From positions 124,001 through 188,000 of the forward strand of contig CT868650.1 in NCBI GenBank assembly GCA_000165425.1: a stretch of 64,000 nucleotides of DNA, written 5' to 3'. Below the pieces are notes generated by a model. It saw only the letters and a program-made list of their open reading frames with translations, was not told the DNA's origin and searched no databases. The position numbers and the translations under genes were made by a program. Position 1 is the stretch's first letter. Each line of letters opens with the position of its first letter. This document shows, piece by piece, positions 1 through 12,326 of this stretch. This DNA is from Paramecium tetraurelia. Taxonomy: Eukaryota.

Positions 1-73
1 TGTAACTTTCTTGAATTGCCTACACACTATCAGTCATATTAAATTCAAAAATATTAAAAATAACAATTTCATA

Positions 74-799
74 TCACTTCATTATCATTCCCACTATATT
101 CATTCCCCCCTTCGCCATTTCTCTTTTCAATTGTTATAGTTTCTTCTGATGTTCCCCTCTGCATTTGTAGAATCCCTGCAAATTAGTCAAAGACAAAACA
201 AAACTTATGATTGGCAAAGGTAACTATACTCTATTTACAATCATACCCAGAATATTTTGAATCCAAAGAAGTCTCCAAGACACATTATGCACCAAAAGAG
301 TGTTCCATAAATGAGACAAGCCCAGAAGAAATACCTGTCAACTTTATTTGATTATTCTTATGATTGAGTTTAGAACATCCATTTCTATTCACCCTTAATA
401 TCCATCTCAATCCACCAACGCAATCCAATCAGTTTCAAGCCCAAATAATTTTTCAACGCCAGAAATTGTGCCAACTGCAGTAAAATAACTAAGGGATAAG
501 CATGAATAACATCCTGTAACAGGATAAATGTCAATCCTGGAATTGAAGTTAATGCCAAAGCAGCAGCACAATAATATGGATGAGCTGCCTCAGTAATATC
601 ATACTCTTATATTAATAAATCTTTCTATGGAAAACATATACAACATATATACATTAGCTGTCTCCACTTCCTCTTCCTATTAGGTGTTCTAGTAGACAGC
701 ATCATATTTGTCGACTGTCAAATCAACATCTGGTTCTACATGCTCAGTTAACTTCTTGGGTTATATGTTTATTTTAAAATCTAAGGAGTTAGATTCCAT
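74..799 (-). CDS. TVP23: Golgi membrane protein TVP23/FAM18 (DUF846) family
   Basis: Ciliate-code translation gives HPYYCAAALAL...LKNYLGLKLIGLRWWIEMDIKGEQKWMF...NKVDRYFFW...TNLQGFYKC, matching the TVP23 KN..G..LVGLRWW signature. Two short GT..AG introns; TGA at 74-76. Confidence 0.85.
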
Positions 800-1257
800 T
801 AAATATTTTATTTTTAAATTAATATTTCATTATTAAAACAACTCTTTATTCCAATGCTCTCTTCAATACACCTAACAACAATTCTAATAATATTTATTTA
901 ATATCATAAATTTAAATAAATAATTGAGAAGATAAATCATATTTATTATGAATAGGAATTTATTTTCTTAAGATAAGATAGTTAAATAAAGTGCTTCATC
1001 TAATCTACTTGTTTGGATAACAAAGATAGTAGCGATTAAAAAATATAAAAAGAAATGTTACTTTTAGAATTCAATAATAGTTATTGATAATAATCTTTCA
1101 AATTAGACTTTAAAAAAATGTACTAAATTTTCTTAATTATCAAAATACATTAACTAAATAATTACTTTTGACTCTTTCACTCTTATTATAAAATTTTGAT
1201 TTATGGGTATATAATATAAATAGAATTTTCACTAAAATTAAAGTTAATTAATTAATA

Positions 1258-1971
1258 TCATTCGCAATATTATGTAGGATGCCTCCTAAAAGAAATACGG
1301 TTCTCTCCAAACCTCGAATTGGATGAAGAAGGTATTGTAATTGCAGTTGATATACTGTTATAATTTGTAGTACAAGTAGATTTTGCTCTTGGTAATCTCA
1401 ATGGACATTTTGATTATGGTCTTTGTTCGGTTATGGTGATCTCACGACTGAGGTTCATTAGTTTACTGAGAGGCTTTAATTTTTATTCAACAGGAAGTTA
1501 TTTGTCTTCAATCTGTGATAAGAGCCTACCTCTTTCACTTAAGTAATGGACTTAATTTAAGACTTTAGTAATTTCGGTAGGAAAGTAATGTTGGGGATTT
1601 CTTTCATTAGAGTTACGAATTAGTTTTCTGATAAATAGTTTTGATTTTTCAGATAAAACACACTATTTGAATTATTCGGTTGTTATAAAACGACCGCTTT
1701 TGCAATTGGCTTACTTGATGTAACATGTCAATTCCTGTTCATTGATGCTGATTCCATATTTATTAAGAAGCGAAAGCAATTCAAATTTTTAAATCCTTCC
1801 TTTTCCTTCCTGATCAAATTTAGCAAAGAGTTCTGCTAGTTCTTATTTGTATTCCTGAATATGATATTAAAATACTTCTTCCTATGGATCTACGATGTAT
1901 TAACTATTGACGGATTTACGAAATCTTTGGAGTAGCCATTGTTTGACAGTATGAGTTCGTAATTTAAACAT
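1258..1971 (-). CDS. EF-hand-containing protein (degenerate calmodulin-like pair plus low-complexity tail)
   Basis: Intronless 238-codon frame MFKLRTHTVKQWLL...ELAELFAKFDQEGKGRIQKFELLSLLNKYGISINEQEL...ANCKSGRFITTEQF, ending at TGA 1258-1260. Confidence 0.7.
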
Positions 1972-1981
1972 TAATTAATTT

Positions 1982-3168
1982 ATGAGTCCAAAAATTGCAA
2001 TTATCATAGGGCTTCTAATAAGACTAGGATTAATTGCTTATGCTGAGATCTAGGATAAATATTTCAATCTCAAATACACAGACATAGATTATTCAGTATC
2101 TATAGCATCTTATGTAGGTGTACTCTGATGGAGCTTAATATGTTGTGGATGGTGGTTCACCGTATGATAGACACACCTACAGATATTCACCTATTCTAGC
2201 ATACATTTTAATACCCAATGTGTGGATTTCATCATTCGGAAAGATTCTGTTCAGCTTCGTCGATATGTTAGCATGTTACTTTATGTAAAAAATGGTCAAG
2301 TCTACATTTTTATTGAATTTGTGGATTTTCAATCCTCTCACAATCTAAGTGTCAACCAGGGGATCATCAGACACCATAATCGTGCTCTTAATTTATGTCA
2401 TGCTGTATTTACTGAAGAAAGAGAGATATACATGGGCTGCAATCATATATGGATTCATGGTTCATTTGCGCATCTATCCAATAATATACGCAATCCCATT
2501 GTACTTCTTTATCGATTCTCATCAACCTGAAAGAATGTAAGATAAATGATATATTAAGATATTTGGGTGTAATTAGTAAGAATAAAGTGAAATTTGCCTT
2601 GATTTCAGGTGGGTTGTTCATAGCCTTATTGATATTTTTCCACTTTATATACGAGGATTTCCTATTCCAAACATATCTATATCATTTTACAAGGAAGGAC
2701 AATAGACATAATTTCTCTCCTTATTTTTATCAGATTTATTTAAGTTTTGAATCCATCACCAGGACTCAAGCAACATTAACATTCTTACCATAATTTTTGA
2801 TAGTTCTATTGGCAGGATTGAAATATTACAGAGATTTACCATTTGCTATGTTGATTCAAACTCTTGGGTTTGTTGTATTTAACAAAGTGTAAACAGCTTA
2901 ATATTTTGTGTGGTGGATTGCCTTGATCCCATTGGCACTCCAAAATACCAAGATGAGCAATAAGGAGATCTTGATGTTGTCGATTACTTGGCTGATTTTG
3001 GAAGTGCAATGGAATTTTGGATCGTATTATCTGGAGATCTAAGGGTATGATGTATTTACAATGATCTTTATTTAATGCGTGATATTCTTTTTGGCGAATA
3101 CGTATTTGATGGTCAAAGTTATTGAGAATCGCAAGGCGAGTGAGTTTTATAAGATTAAAATGGATTGA
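1982..3168 (+). CDS. PIGM: GPI mannosyltransferase I (PIG-M/Gpi14)
   Basis: [78 protein letters not shown]. Two short introns. Confidence 0.95.
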
Positions 3169-3224
3169 ATGACTGAAAATATCATATAATATCAATAATT
3201 TATACATATCTCATTGTGATTTAC

Positions 3225-3967
3225 TCAATCCAATATGTTACTAGGGGCGGTGTACTCTAGTATTCTATTAAAGTTTAACAAGAAGTCTCCGTAACCTTCA
3301 GGAGTTTGCAAGTACTTCATTTGTAATAGGTATTATAGTAAGAGGATGTTTTTGAATCTAAAATAATGAGTAGCAGTAAGCTTGTCTCTTTTCAACTAGA
3401 ATATTGAGGACTAAACCACATCTCGATTATCGCTGTAGCTTTTAAACTTGACTCCCGTGGAATCATGTTCCACTTTGAGGTTGTTGGCATAACAATCAAT
3501 CAAGGATGAGGACGATCTTTCGATAATAAAGTAGGCTCCTCTAGAGCATAGTATTTCTACAAAGTCATTTAAATTGTATTTGATGGCATATTATAGAAAT
3601 GTTTAATCCTGGAATTGATGCACAGGTTTGTTAATGTCCTAAAGATTACAAGTCTATATACTTTTCCGAATTCGTCACATAATAACTTAAAGCTCTCAAA
3701 ATCATTATTAAGAAAGGCAGTTGATAGTAATGTGTATTGAGAGAGTGGATGTTCAAGCAGGAGATCCTTTTCATAGAGATCTCTCATTAGGTCGTGATTG
3801 CTGTATCTGACTGCATACATTCCGAGTGTCCAATAATTTGGAGCAACGAGACTCTAAATATAATCCCTATGGTTTTTTATGAACTCGATTAATTCTTAAG
3901 TCTTATTCTATTCAATTAAATTGAAAAGATGAGTTTTCAAGTTTTTTGGAGCAGAAACAAGACTCAT
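3225..3967 (-). CDS. Small ankyrin-repeat-like protein
   Basis: TLGMYAVRYSNHDLMRDL, TLLSTAFLNNDFESFKLLCDEFG, TFLQYAIKYNLNDFVEILCSRGA resemble degenerate ankyrin repeats. One intron. Confidence 0.6.
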
Positions 3968-4007
3968 TCTTGATTTTATTTATATAATATCGAGCAAATA
4001 ATTAATT

Positions 4008-7000
4008 ATGATTTTAATAGTTCTTGGTTTCATAGTTCAAGTCTACTCCTAAACGAGAATAGAATTAGGCGAGACCTATAATGAGTACTCTATTTCATAA
4101 AAATTCAAATAGTGCTATTATGCCTTGGCAAGAAGATTAGAATTACAAATATTATGAAATTTTTATAACAGATTAGTTTCCATTTCTAGATCTAATCATT
4201 GTAGTGAAATAACAATCTACAACTGGAAATCCAGATATATATATTTCTTCCTAAAATCCAAAGCCTAATAGAACAAATTCTGAAATCATATGTGATTCTT
4301 AAGGAATGGGTACTATAATTAATAAATTGTTGTAGATATTTGTATACTACAATATCCAAGCAAGCAGACTTATTATTTGGCTGTGTATTGTGAGGAATAT
4401 TGTCGATATAATTTAAAAGTTGTTTGTCAAAATGATTTAAAGATGAGTAATTGTAAGTATCCTAATCTGAATTATAGCCGATGATTTGGAGTTCAAGCTC
4501 AATAATACCAGTTGGATTGAAGTAGTTAGAATCTCTATAGATTAATTAAAAATATAGGAGATTAAATAAGATTACAACTTAGAGGTTTCTATAAAAGTGA
4601 AAAATGTTGAAATTCTGCAGGAATCTTTCCAAACTTATATGAATTCGGGGTATGAAAAGCCAACCCTCCAAAAGTATGAATATAAGGGTTAGGATACATT
4701 CTCTGGGATTTAAAAGTTTAAAATTCAAAATATAAAGGCAGATTAATGTTATACACTTTTGGTTGAAGCGCAATAAGGAGCATTGGTATAGATAAAAACA
4801 AGAACTTATGGATAGACAAGGTTTATTAATGTAGGAGAATCTATTGAAGATGTGATCTCAGAAAATTAATTTCAATTCTATGTGCTCAATGTTACAACTG
4901 AGCAAGAACTGTTCTAATAAGGAGAATTAATCTTGAATATTTAATTGATATCCTTTAAAGGATACACTGAGATGTATGTTAATCTTGATGAGAATCCACC
5001 AGAATTAGAAAGTTATCAATGGAAATTACGTGATGGAGTTTCAGATGATCTGATTATTACTAATGAAGATTTGATACGATTGGATGCTAAAGGATCTTAT
5101 GTTTATATTGCAATTTTTGCAAAAGAATCCATTGCCACATTTGAATTGAAAACATAAATGTTGAATCCAGATTTAATGGTTATGGAATTAAATAAGCCAG
5201 CTATAAGGAAGATGAGCAAATCAAAATACCATCAATATAGATTCTTTATTAAAAGCAATAAATAATAAAGTGTTAGTGTGAGTTTAAGAAATATAAGAGG
5301 AGATGCTGATATAATTCTAAAATTATGCAATGAATTTTGGACTTGTAAGTTTAATGAAGATGAATAGAGTCTTATTAAATCCTAGGATTTCAAAAATCAT
5401 AATACACAATACTTCTACTCTTTAAAGTAAGACACAATTATATTATAATAGTCCTGGAAATGACATAATTCTTTTTGATTATCAACCAGCTAATTGTAGG
5501 GAATATGAAAATTTTCACATGTGTTTCTATGCGATCATAATTATTCCAGGGGAGGATAATGTTGAAGATGAATTAACCTATTCTGTTTTAATCACTACTA
5601 AACAAGATAACATTCTATTAATAGAAAACACTCCTATTAAATAGTTTGTATTCCATGAATTCTACAACTATTACAAATTTATAGTAAACGATGGTGATCT
5701 TATTTAAAGATTGTTCATTTAATTAACACCCATTTAGGGTTATCCCAGGATATTTTCATCTAAAACTCAGATGTATCCAACAAAAGAACAGAATGACAAC
5801 CAAGGTGTTTAGAATCTCATCGTTTATGGAGCTAAAAGTAATGGAGCACCAATTAATGGAACAGTATACATTGGAGTCTACGGGGAGACAGCTAGTTAAT
5901 ATATTATCACTGCAATCGTATTCAGAGAACAAGATGATTGGGGAACGATTGGTAAATATGCCCATTAATATATACAATTACTTGAAGGTTATCCTTAAGA
6001 AATTAATACCTAACATTCAACTGATGTTCAACTTTTCAAAATTGATCTGAGTGGATATAGTAATCAAAATGCAATATCTCATAATCAGGTAAAGGTGTAA
6101 TTGAGGATTAATTCTGGTGAATTTGAAATTTATGGATTTGATCATCCCGAAATCGATCTCAATAAAGCCATTCTAAAAGGATCAAACTCATTAATACTCA
6201 CAGATCAAATCGAGAAATATCCATAATATTTATATGTGAGGGTGTAAGTTAATGCATCCTCAAGTTATCCCTTATACTCATATACTATTCATTACAGAGA
6301 GAGTTCTTAGCCAATTGAATTGGTTGTGGGGGATAGTTACTAAGGTTTCATTGAAAAGTCTGAGAAATAAATATTCTTCGTAAACTTTTATAAAATGGAA
6401 GACTTAGAGATTAATCTTCATGCCGAATTCTTTGATTAAACTATAATATGGGCTACTATATATCTTAATGATGATATTATTGATATGAAATAGCAAAGTC
6501 TTATACTAAATAGTGATTAAATCAAATTCGATAAATGCAGAAAAACTGAAGAAATAGTTTAATGTGTACTTGCTATCCATGTGGAATCAAAATAGGATAC
6601 TTACTTTACCTTAATTGTCTCAAAGGAGTTCTAAATCATTAAACTATATAACGATGAGAGAATTACAAAAGCAATCAAGAATGACTACAATTATTTCACA
6701 TTTCTATTAACAGATGAGACAGAAATAGCTGTGTTTTCTCCTATGACCAATATCAGAATTTTGGTTAGTATTATATAGTTAGATCCACCAACTCTTGAAT
6801 AGTTTCCTACTAATGATGATAATTCCTTGTTTCAATCCTTAAATGATGACATCGAAATTGAAAGCTCTGTGTTTATATCATAATAGGAAGTACTAAAGGC
6901 GAATTGTGATAAAACTCCTTGCTATGCAGCAGTAACTTGCATTAATTTAAATTCAGCAAATAATCATTCTACAGTATACTCTATCTCCCGTTCTTCTGGA

Positions 7001-9458
7001 GTATTCAAATTAGATGAAGGATTTGTTTATACCGGGCTATTTAAAGGAGGTTAAATGAAGTATTTTAAAGTTACGAACATTAACGAAGCAGTGGGATTGT
7101 AAATTCTTGTTTAGTCAAAAAATAAGGGGCATGTTCTGATAATTGCTAGCATCAATTAAATGCCTACAGGATATACTTATGAATTTACTTCAACCATTAA
7201 TATTGGTGACTTTATAATGATCCCTCCAAAAAAGGATTCATCACAAATTGTCACTTACTAGTATATAATATTCAAACTATTATAGTATTGGCGTTAATGC
7301 TCCTACTCAATCAATTATCTCGGTTTAGGTAAAGACAGGGATTGCTCGTTTTTATCACATTTCAACTTCAAAATCATTTGTTCACACTTACCCTTGGGAT
7401 TCAAAAACTTATCTGACATTTTTTCAAGGTTATCCAGCGGATTTTGTAATTCTAATGAGTTCCAGTGTTATGAATGAACACTTAAAGCCTAAGATTCATA
7501 TCTGCTCCTATCAAATGAAAGAACTACCAGATGTTATGAATTCTATACCAACAGAGTACTTTTATTTATATTTAGATATCATTGGAAGATGGATGATTAT
7601 TATTTGGAAATCAGAAGCGATTAAGAGCATTTTTGTTCCCGTTGCTTTATGATGATTTATGTGGAAAATAACTATTAAGACGCTTTTATAACTTTTACAA
7701 TCGCTAGAAAAGATGCTTAAATTTAATTATTTGATAATGTGGAGATTAAGCATAAGCTTAAAACTAATGAATCTTAAAATTATGTCTATCTTCCAAGGTT
7801 TGACAACGAGTTCTATTTGTAACTTACTGTTTTTTATGGAAAAATTTATATTTTCAATAATATAAACTATGAAGATCTGAATTTTACGAATTGTCTTCTT
7901 GTCCTTGATGAAAAGGATGGATTATTTGATCATTAGTAAAATTAAATAGAAAGTCTTGAAGGCATTCATGCCAATCGAACGATACTCATAGATTCTTATA
8001 AAAACTCTACTTCTTCAGTTGTTTAATTAAAGGTGTTTTCCAATTTCACAAATGAATCTGTTTATAAAATTGAAATCATAGATAAAAATCAGGCTGTGCA
8101 ATTGAAGTTAGGGCAACCAGAGAAATTCTAAGTTGTTTAAAATAATTATATTCAAACTTACTTTGTTATTCCAAATGGAGTGGATAATTCAAGTGATGAT
8201 TATTATTCAATAACGCTTGAATCAGTAAGGCATTTACACTTATCAAATCATGTATTAGAATTCACTTTGAGGCATGATAGATACAACAATCCTGATATAT
8301 TATCAGATCATCATGATTTTGTTGATGCTTAAATCTCTATTTTTCAAGAAATAGACGACATCACTTATATCTAAATACCAAGCATAGCAGGCACCTACTT
8401 TCTCACTATTAATTCTGTCTTTGCCTCTTCTTCAACCATCTATGTTACCTTGGGGAATAAAGACTAGAATATTTTATCACCAAAAACTTAGAGATTAGTA
8501 AGAACCAAAGTTGGAGAATAAAAAGTATGGGAAATTCATCTAAAGTCACTCTCCTAACTATTTGTCTAAATCTAATTGTGTGGAGGAATTGTGCATGCAT
8601 ATGGAAGCTCCTCAAGAGATGATCTTACAAAGGGTCTTTACAGGGACAAAATTGAATCTGTACACAATAAGCAATTATCTGGAACAATCCCATCTGTTTA
8701 ACCAGAGTTTTATTACTTAAATACTCAAACTATTAAAAATACCACCTAAACAGATTTTGTATCTTACATATTATATATTGATATTCTAAAATTAGATACT
8801 ATTGTACCTGTAGATCATTTTTATCCAGGCAATGGTGGAGAGTTCAAACTATCTATAGTAGAAAATCATTTGCATTTTGATTTCTCACCAATTTAATCTT
8901 CTGAGAAAACCAGCTAAGATTACGTACTGTAAAGCATCAAATATACATTCATCTATTAAAATTAGAGTATAAATGATAACTCACAATTGGATAAATGCAA
9001 TTTGAATGCACAATACAATTCATTAATTGTAAAAAGAATTTAACATGACCCATAAAATATCCTAACTCAACGAGTTTATATTGGAGAAGATGAATATCAA
9101 AAAATATCAGCTTCAATTCAAGCCAGAGGTAATTTAATATATGTACTCTTTTAGTAACTATCAAAACTAATCATTATGAAACCGTGCAACTATCATACTT
9201 TTATAATACTCAAATTTTAGAATAAAATGTCATTACCTATAATATTTATTATGAAAATAGAAGAGGAATTATTATCATAACCCTTTCATTGTTATTATTG
9301 GCATTATTCTTGTTGATCATAAAATATCGAGATCTTAGATTAATGTAAAATATACTATCTAATTTCATAGTGCTAAATATGAAGCCTAAACTTAATAGCC
9401 TATTCCTTAACCAGAATAATCAATTGAAATGAATTATACAAATTTCAGATCAGGTTGA
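4008..9458 (+). CDS. Large type-I single-pass membrane/surface protein (~1750 aa) with repeated beta-rich extracellular modules
   Basis: Signal peptide MILIVLGFIVQVYS. Recurrent G[NDY]PD[IL][YF][IVS]-like modules (GNPDIYIS, GDADIILK, GYPRIFSS). C-terminal TM GIIIITLSLLLLALFLLII and short tail ending YTNFRSG-TGA. Several 20-26 nt introns. Confidence 0.75.
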
Positions 9459-9675
9459 TCTTTGTGAATTTAAATTTAATTAACAAAATATTATTAATTT
9501 CAACTCAATTTAATAGTAATTTTACAGAATAAATTACTCTAACAAGAGAAAATATAGAGTTTAAAGTAGCATATAATATTTTAATTATGAAATTAAGAAA
9601 GGAATAATTAAATACTTTAATTACAATTCTTCTAAGAGTTATTTTAACTTTATAATCATTAATTTGATTACAAAA

Positions 9676-10473
9676 TCAGTCCTAAGATTCTGACATTTAA
9701 GAATCTAAATCTTTTTCTGAATGCTATTCATCCTCATCATCATTAATGTCTTCTTCCTCATGAATTTTTTCAGCATATAGTGATTCTGTTTTGTGCTAAA
9801 TGCCAACGAGTTTTTCTAAGTCCATAATTCTCTTATGTGAAAATAGAATAGATTGTCTAAATTTTATTCAATTGAATACTAAATCTGCAGCTTCTCTCTA
9901 TTTAATGCTTCGATCTCTCTCATGAGTTTGTAATTCTCATTTTTCTCTTCATGCAATCTCTCCTTCAATTTACCATGAAATACTTTGAGCATCGGTTGCA
10001 GCTCTCTGATATTGGTAATGTTATCGTTGTTGATTTTCTCATTCATTGCTTTTAATTCTTCCTAGATTTTGAGTATTATGATTACTTCAGTCTTCTTTAT
10101 TAATTCCTTATACTCAGCCAATGAATCTTAAAGCTATTTGATGGATGTTGTATATAATGTACTCATAGCTGCTACATTATCGCTTGCACTCATTCTGGTT
10201 TTGTATTTCTCATCTAAGTTTACAAACTATTTCGATTTCTCATCATAGATGTCTGGAGGTTCATAAAGTTATCCCATGCCAGCTCTGGCAAGAACATTAG
10301 ATACTGATTTACTGACTTCATCTCCTTGGAGGAGCTAAGCTGTTACATTATCAAACCTTTAGAGATTTTTAATTCGTGAGCATTATGTCTTTTGGAAGGT
10401 AAGGACCATTATTCTACCCCAGATTCAAACTGTACAATCCCCCCTACTTGCTTGGCTTCTCTTAAGTTCTCAT
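9676..10473 (-). CDS. Hypothetical coiled-coil protein with acidic C-terminus (5' end ambiguous, possible 1-nt indel)
   Basis: Frame NLQRFDNVTAQLLQG...LHEEKNENYKLMREIEALNREKLQIQQSILFSHKRIMDLEKLVG...EEEDINDDEDE with two introns. The ATG at 10473 is one base out of frame near 10366-10370. Confidence 0.6.
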
Positions 10474-10504
10474 AATTAATAATATTAATATAAATATTGG
10501 TATA

Positions 10505-12192
10505 TCATTAGAATATATTGTCTTTGAAGTAGTTTTCTTTGCTCCTTAGGGTTTGTTAATGAGCATTCTATGGTCTTTTTTCGTACACTGCTCTTTGAAT
10601 TTCTCTTCTCTAATTATCTTTGGATGGAATTTGGACACGTTCAGGTTTCTCATAGTATAAATCAGGATCATAGGATTTGGGAATGAAGGGAGCTCTTTTT
10701 GGATGTTGAATAGGCTCAGATTACTTATCTCTTATCTATATCATATTGATAGGATTTATACATTCTCACTGTCATAATTGGGTATGTGGTAAGTTGGAGT
10801 ATCTAACTAAGAGGGATGCTTAGTCTATTAGAAATCAGGATGATTTGGTTATTTTCTTTGTGGTTTTTCATAAGAGTATTAGTCTTATTCATCCTCAATT
10901 TAATCTCTGTAATACTATTCTGGGATGAAAGGAGCAGGCCTTGATTAAGGTGGATGGGGTAGTAATGGTGGTTAGTATGGTTAGTTAGGGTTGATCTAAT
11001 GTTGTTGTAGGTGGGGATGTAATTGATGCTGATTGAATAAATCTTGTGGTACTTGAGGTACTTAAGGAATTAAGTGAGGAGGTAGTTAATTTTATGGATT
11101 TGCAAATTAATGTTAATAAGCAGGAGGAGGTGGTGAATCAAATTGTGGTGGTGATGGTGGTAATGGGGAATTCAGGGAGGCTTAAGCATAAAATTATTAA
11201 GGAGGGGGAGGCATTGCCATTGTTGGAAAGTCTTTGGGTGTGTAATTAAAAGGTTGCAAGGGAAGATGAGGAGGTGGTGGAGGTATAGGAATATCCATTG
11301 GCTTATTCAAAACTCTAGGAGGGGAGGATTAGAGTTGGGATCTTATTGATGTTAATGGGGCTTGTTAATAAGAAGGAACTGTTGGCATTCTGGTTATTTA
11401 AGTAGGGGCAGGAATCATCTACATTTGAGAAGGTCTTGGAATAACAGTTTATTATAAAAGAGGGGGTTATTGGACAACAGTTGGTACAAGGTGAACTTCT
11501 TTTGGAGGGGATAGTCGAACGGTTCGTTCTGGTGAAATAGTTTCTGTAGTGACTGGCACATATTCTGTTATTTCATGTGTAACAGGAACTTGAATTTTTT
11601 TGATTCTTGTTTCATATTCAATTATCTTCTTTTCGACTGGTATGTATTCTGTAATGGTTTCTGGTTACAAGTTAGTGAAATCGGCTAAGGACTATTGTTG
11701 TTACATCATCATATCTCTTCGAGCTTGTTCTGATTAAGCTGTTTAATTGACCATCAGATTTTGCAATTAATTTTAGAGTAGATAATTATGATGATGCATC
11801 TATAGCATCTATTGAAATTATTCGTTCCATTATTGTTACATCATGTGTTGTTAAAGATTTTATGACATTTACCTCTATCTTAACTATTAATCATCACCTT
11901 GTAGTTAAATTGGTTATTATTAATATTAAGGATACAGAGCTTATTGTGCTTATTAAAATTATTGAGGCTATTGCAATTATTGGGGCTATTGCAATTGTTG
12001 TTGCATTTAATAATTTTGATTTGATGCTATTGGATTTTAGATTTGTGTGACTGAGGGTGGGTAGAAATTGATTGGCTATGGCTAGATGTTAAGTTGACTT
12101 GGTTGCTGAATTAACTAGGACTCAACAGTCTAACTGGTGTATTGAGGTAGTTGAGACATTTGTTATGGTTACTGTTAATTAAATTAAAACAT
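10505..12192 (-). CDS. Gln/Pro-rich protein with a short epiplasmin-like central motif
   Basis: Low-complexity Q/P arms around ETITEYIPVEKKIIEYETRIKKIQVPVTHEITEYVPV, resembling the Paramecium epiplasmin EY(I/V)P..K.IIEYE...IQVP core. Confidence 0.6.
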
Positions 12193-12326
12193 GCTTTTGC
12201 TCAGTTGAGTATTTTTGTTATAATTAATAAACTTATATATTGTTTTATAGTTTTTAACCCTTCATAATAGTTTTAGATAATGTATATGTATTACACTTCC
12301 ATTACACCAATATAATAATTATAATA

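Noticed and set aside
3350..3385. Apparent need for a non-canonical GC-AG intron in the ankyrin-like gene
   Set aside because: A careful recount shows the frame is continuous through to TGA 3225-3227 without it.
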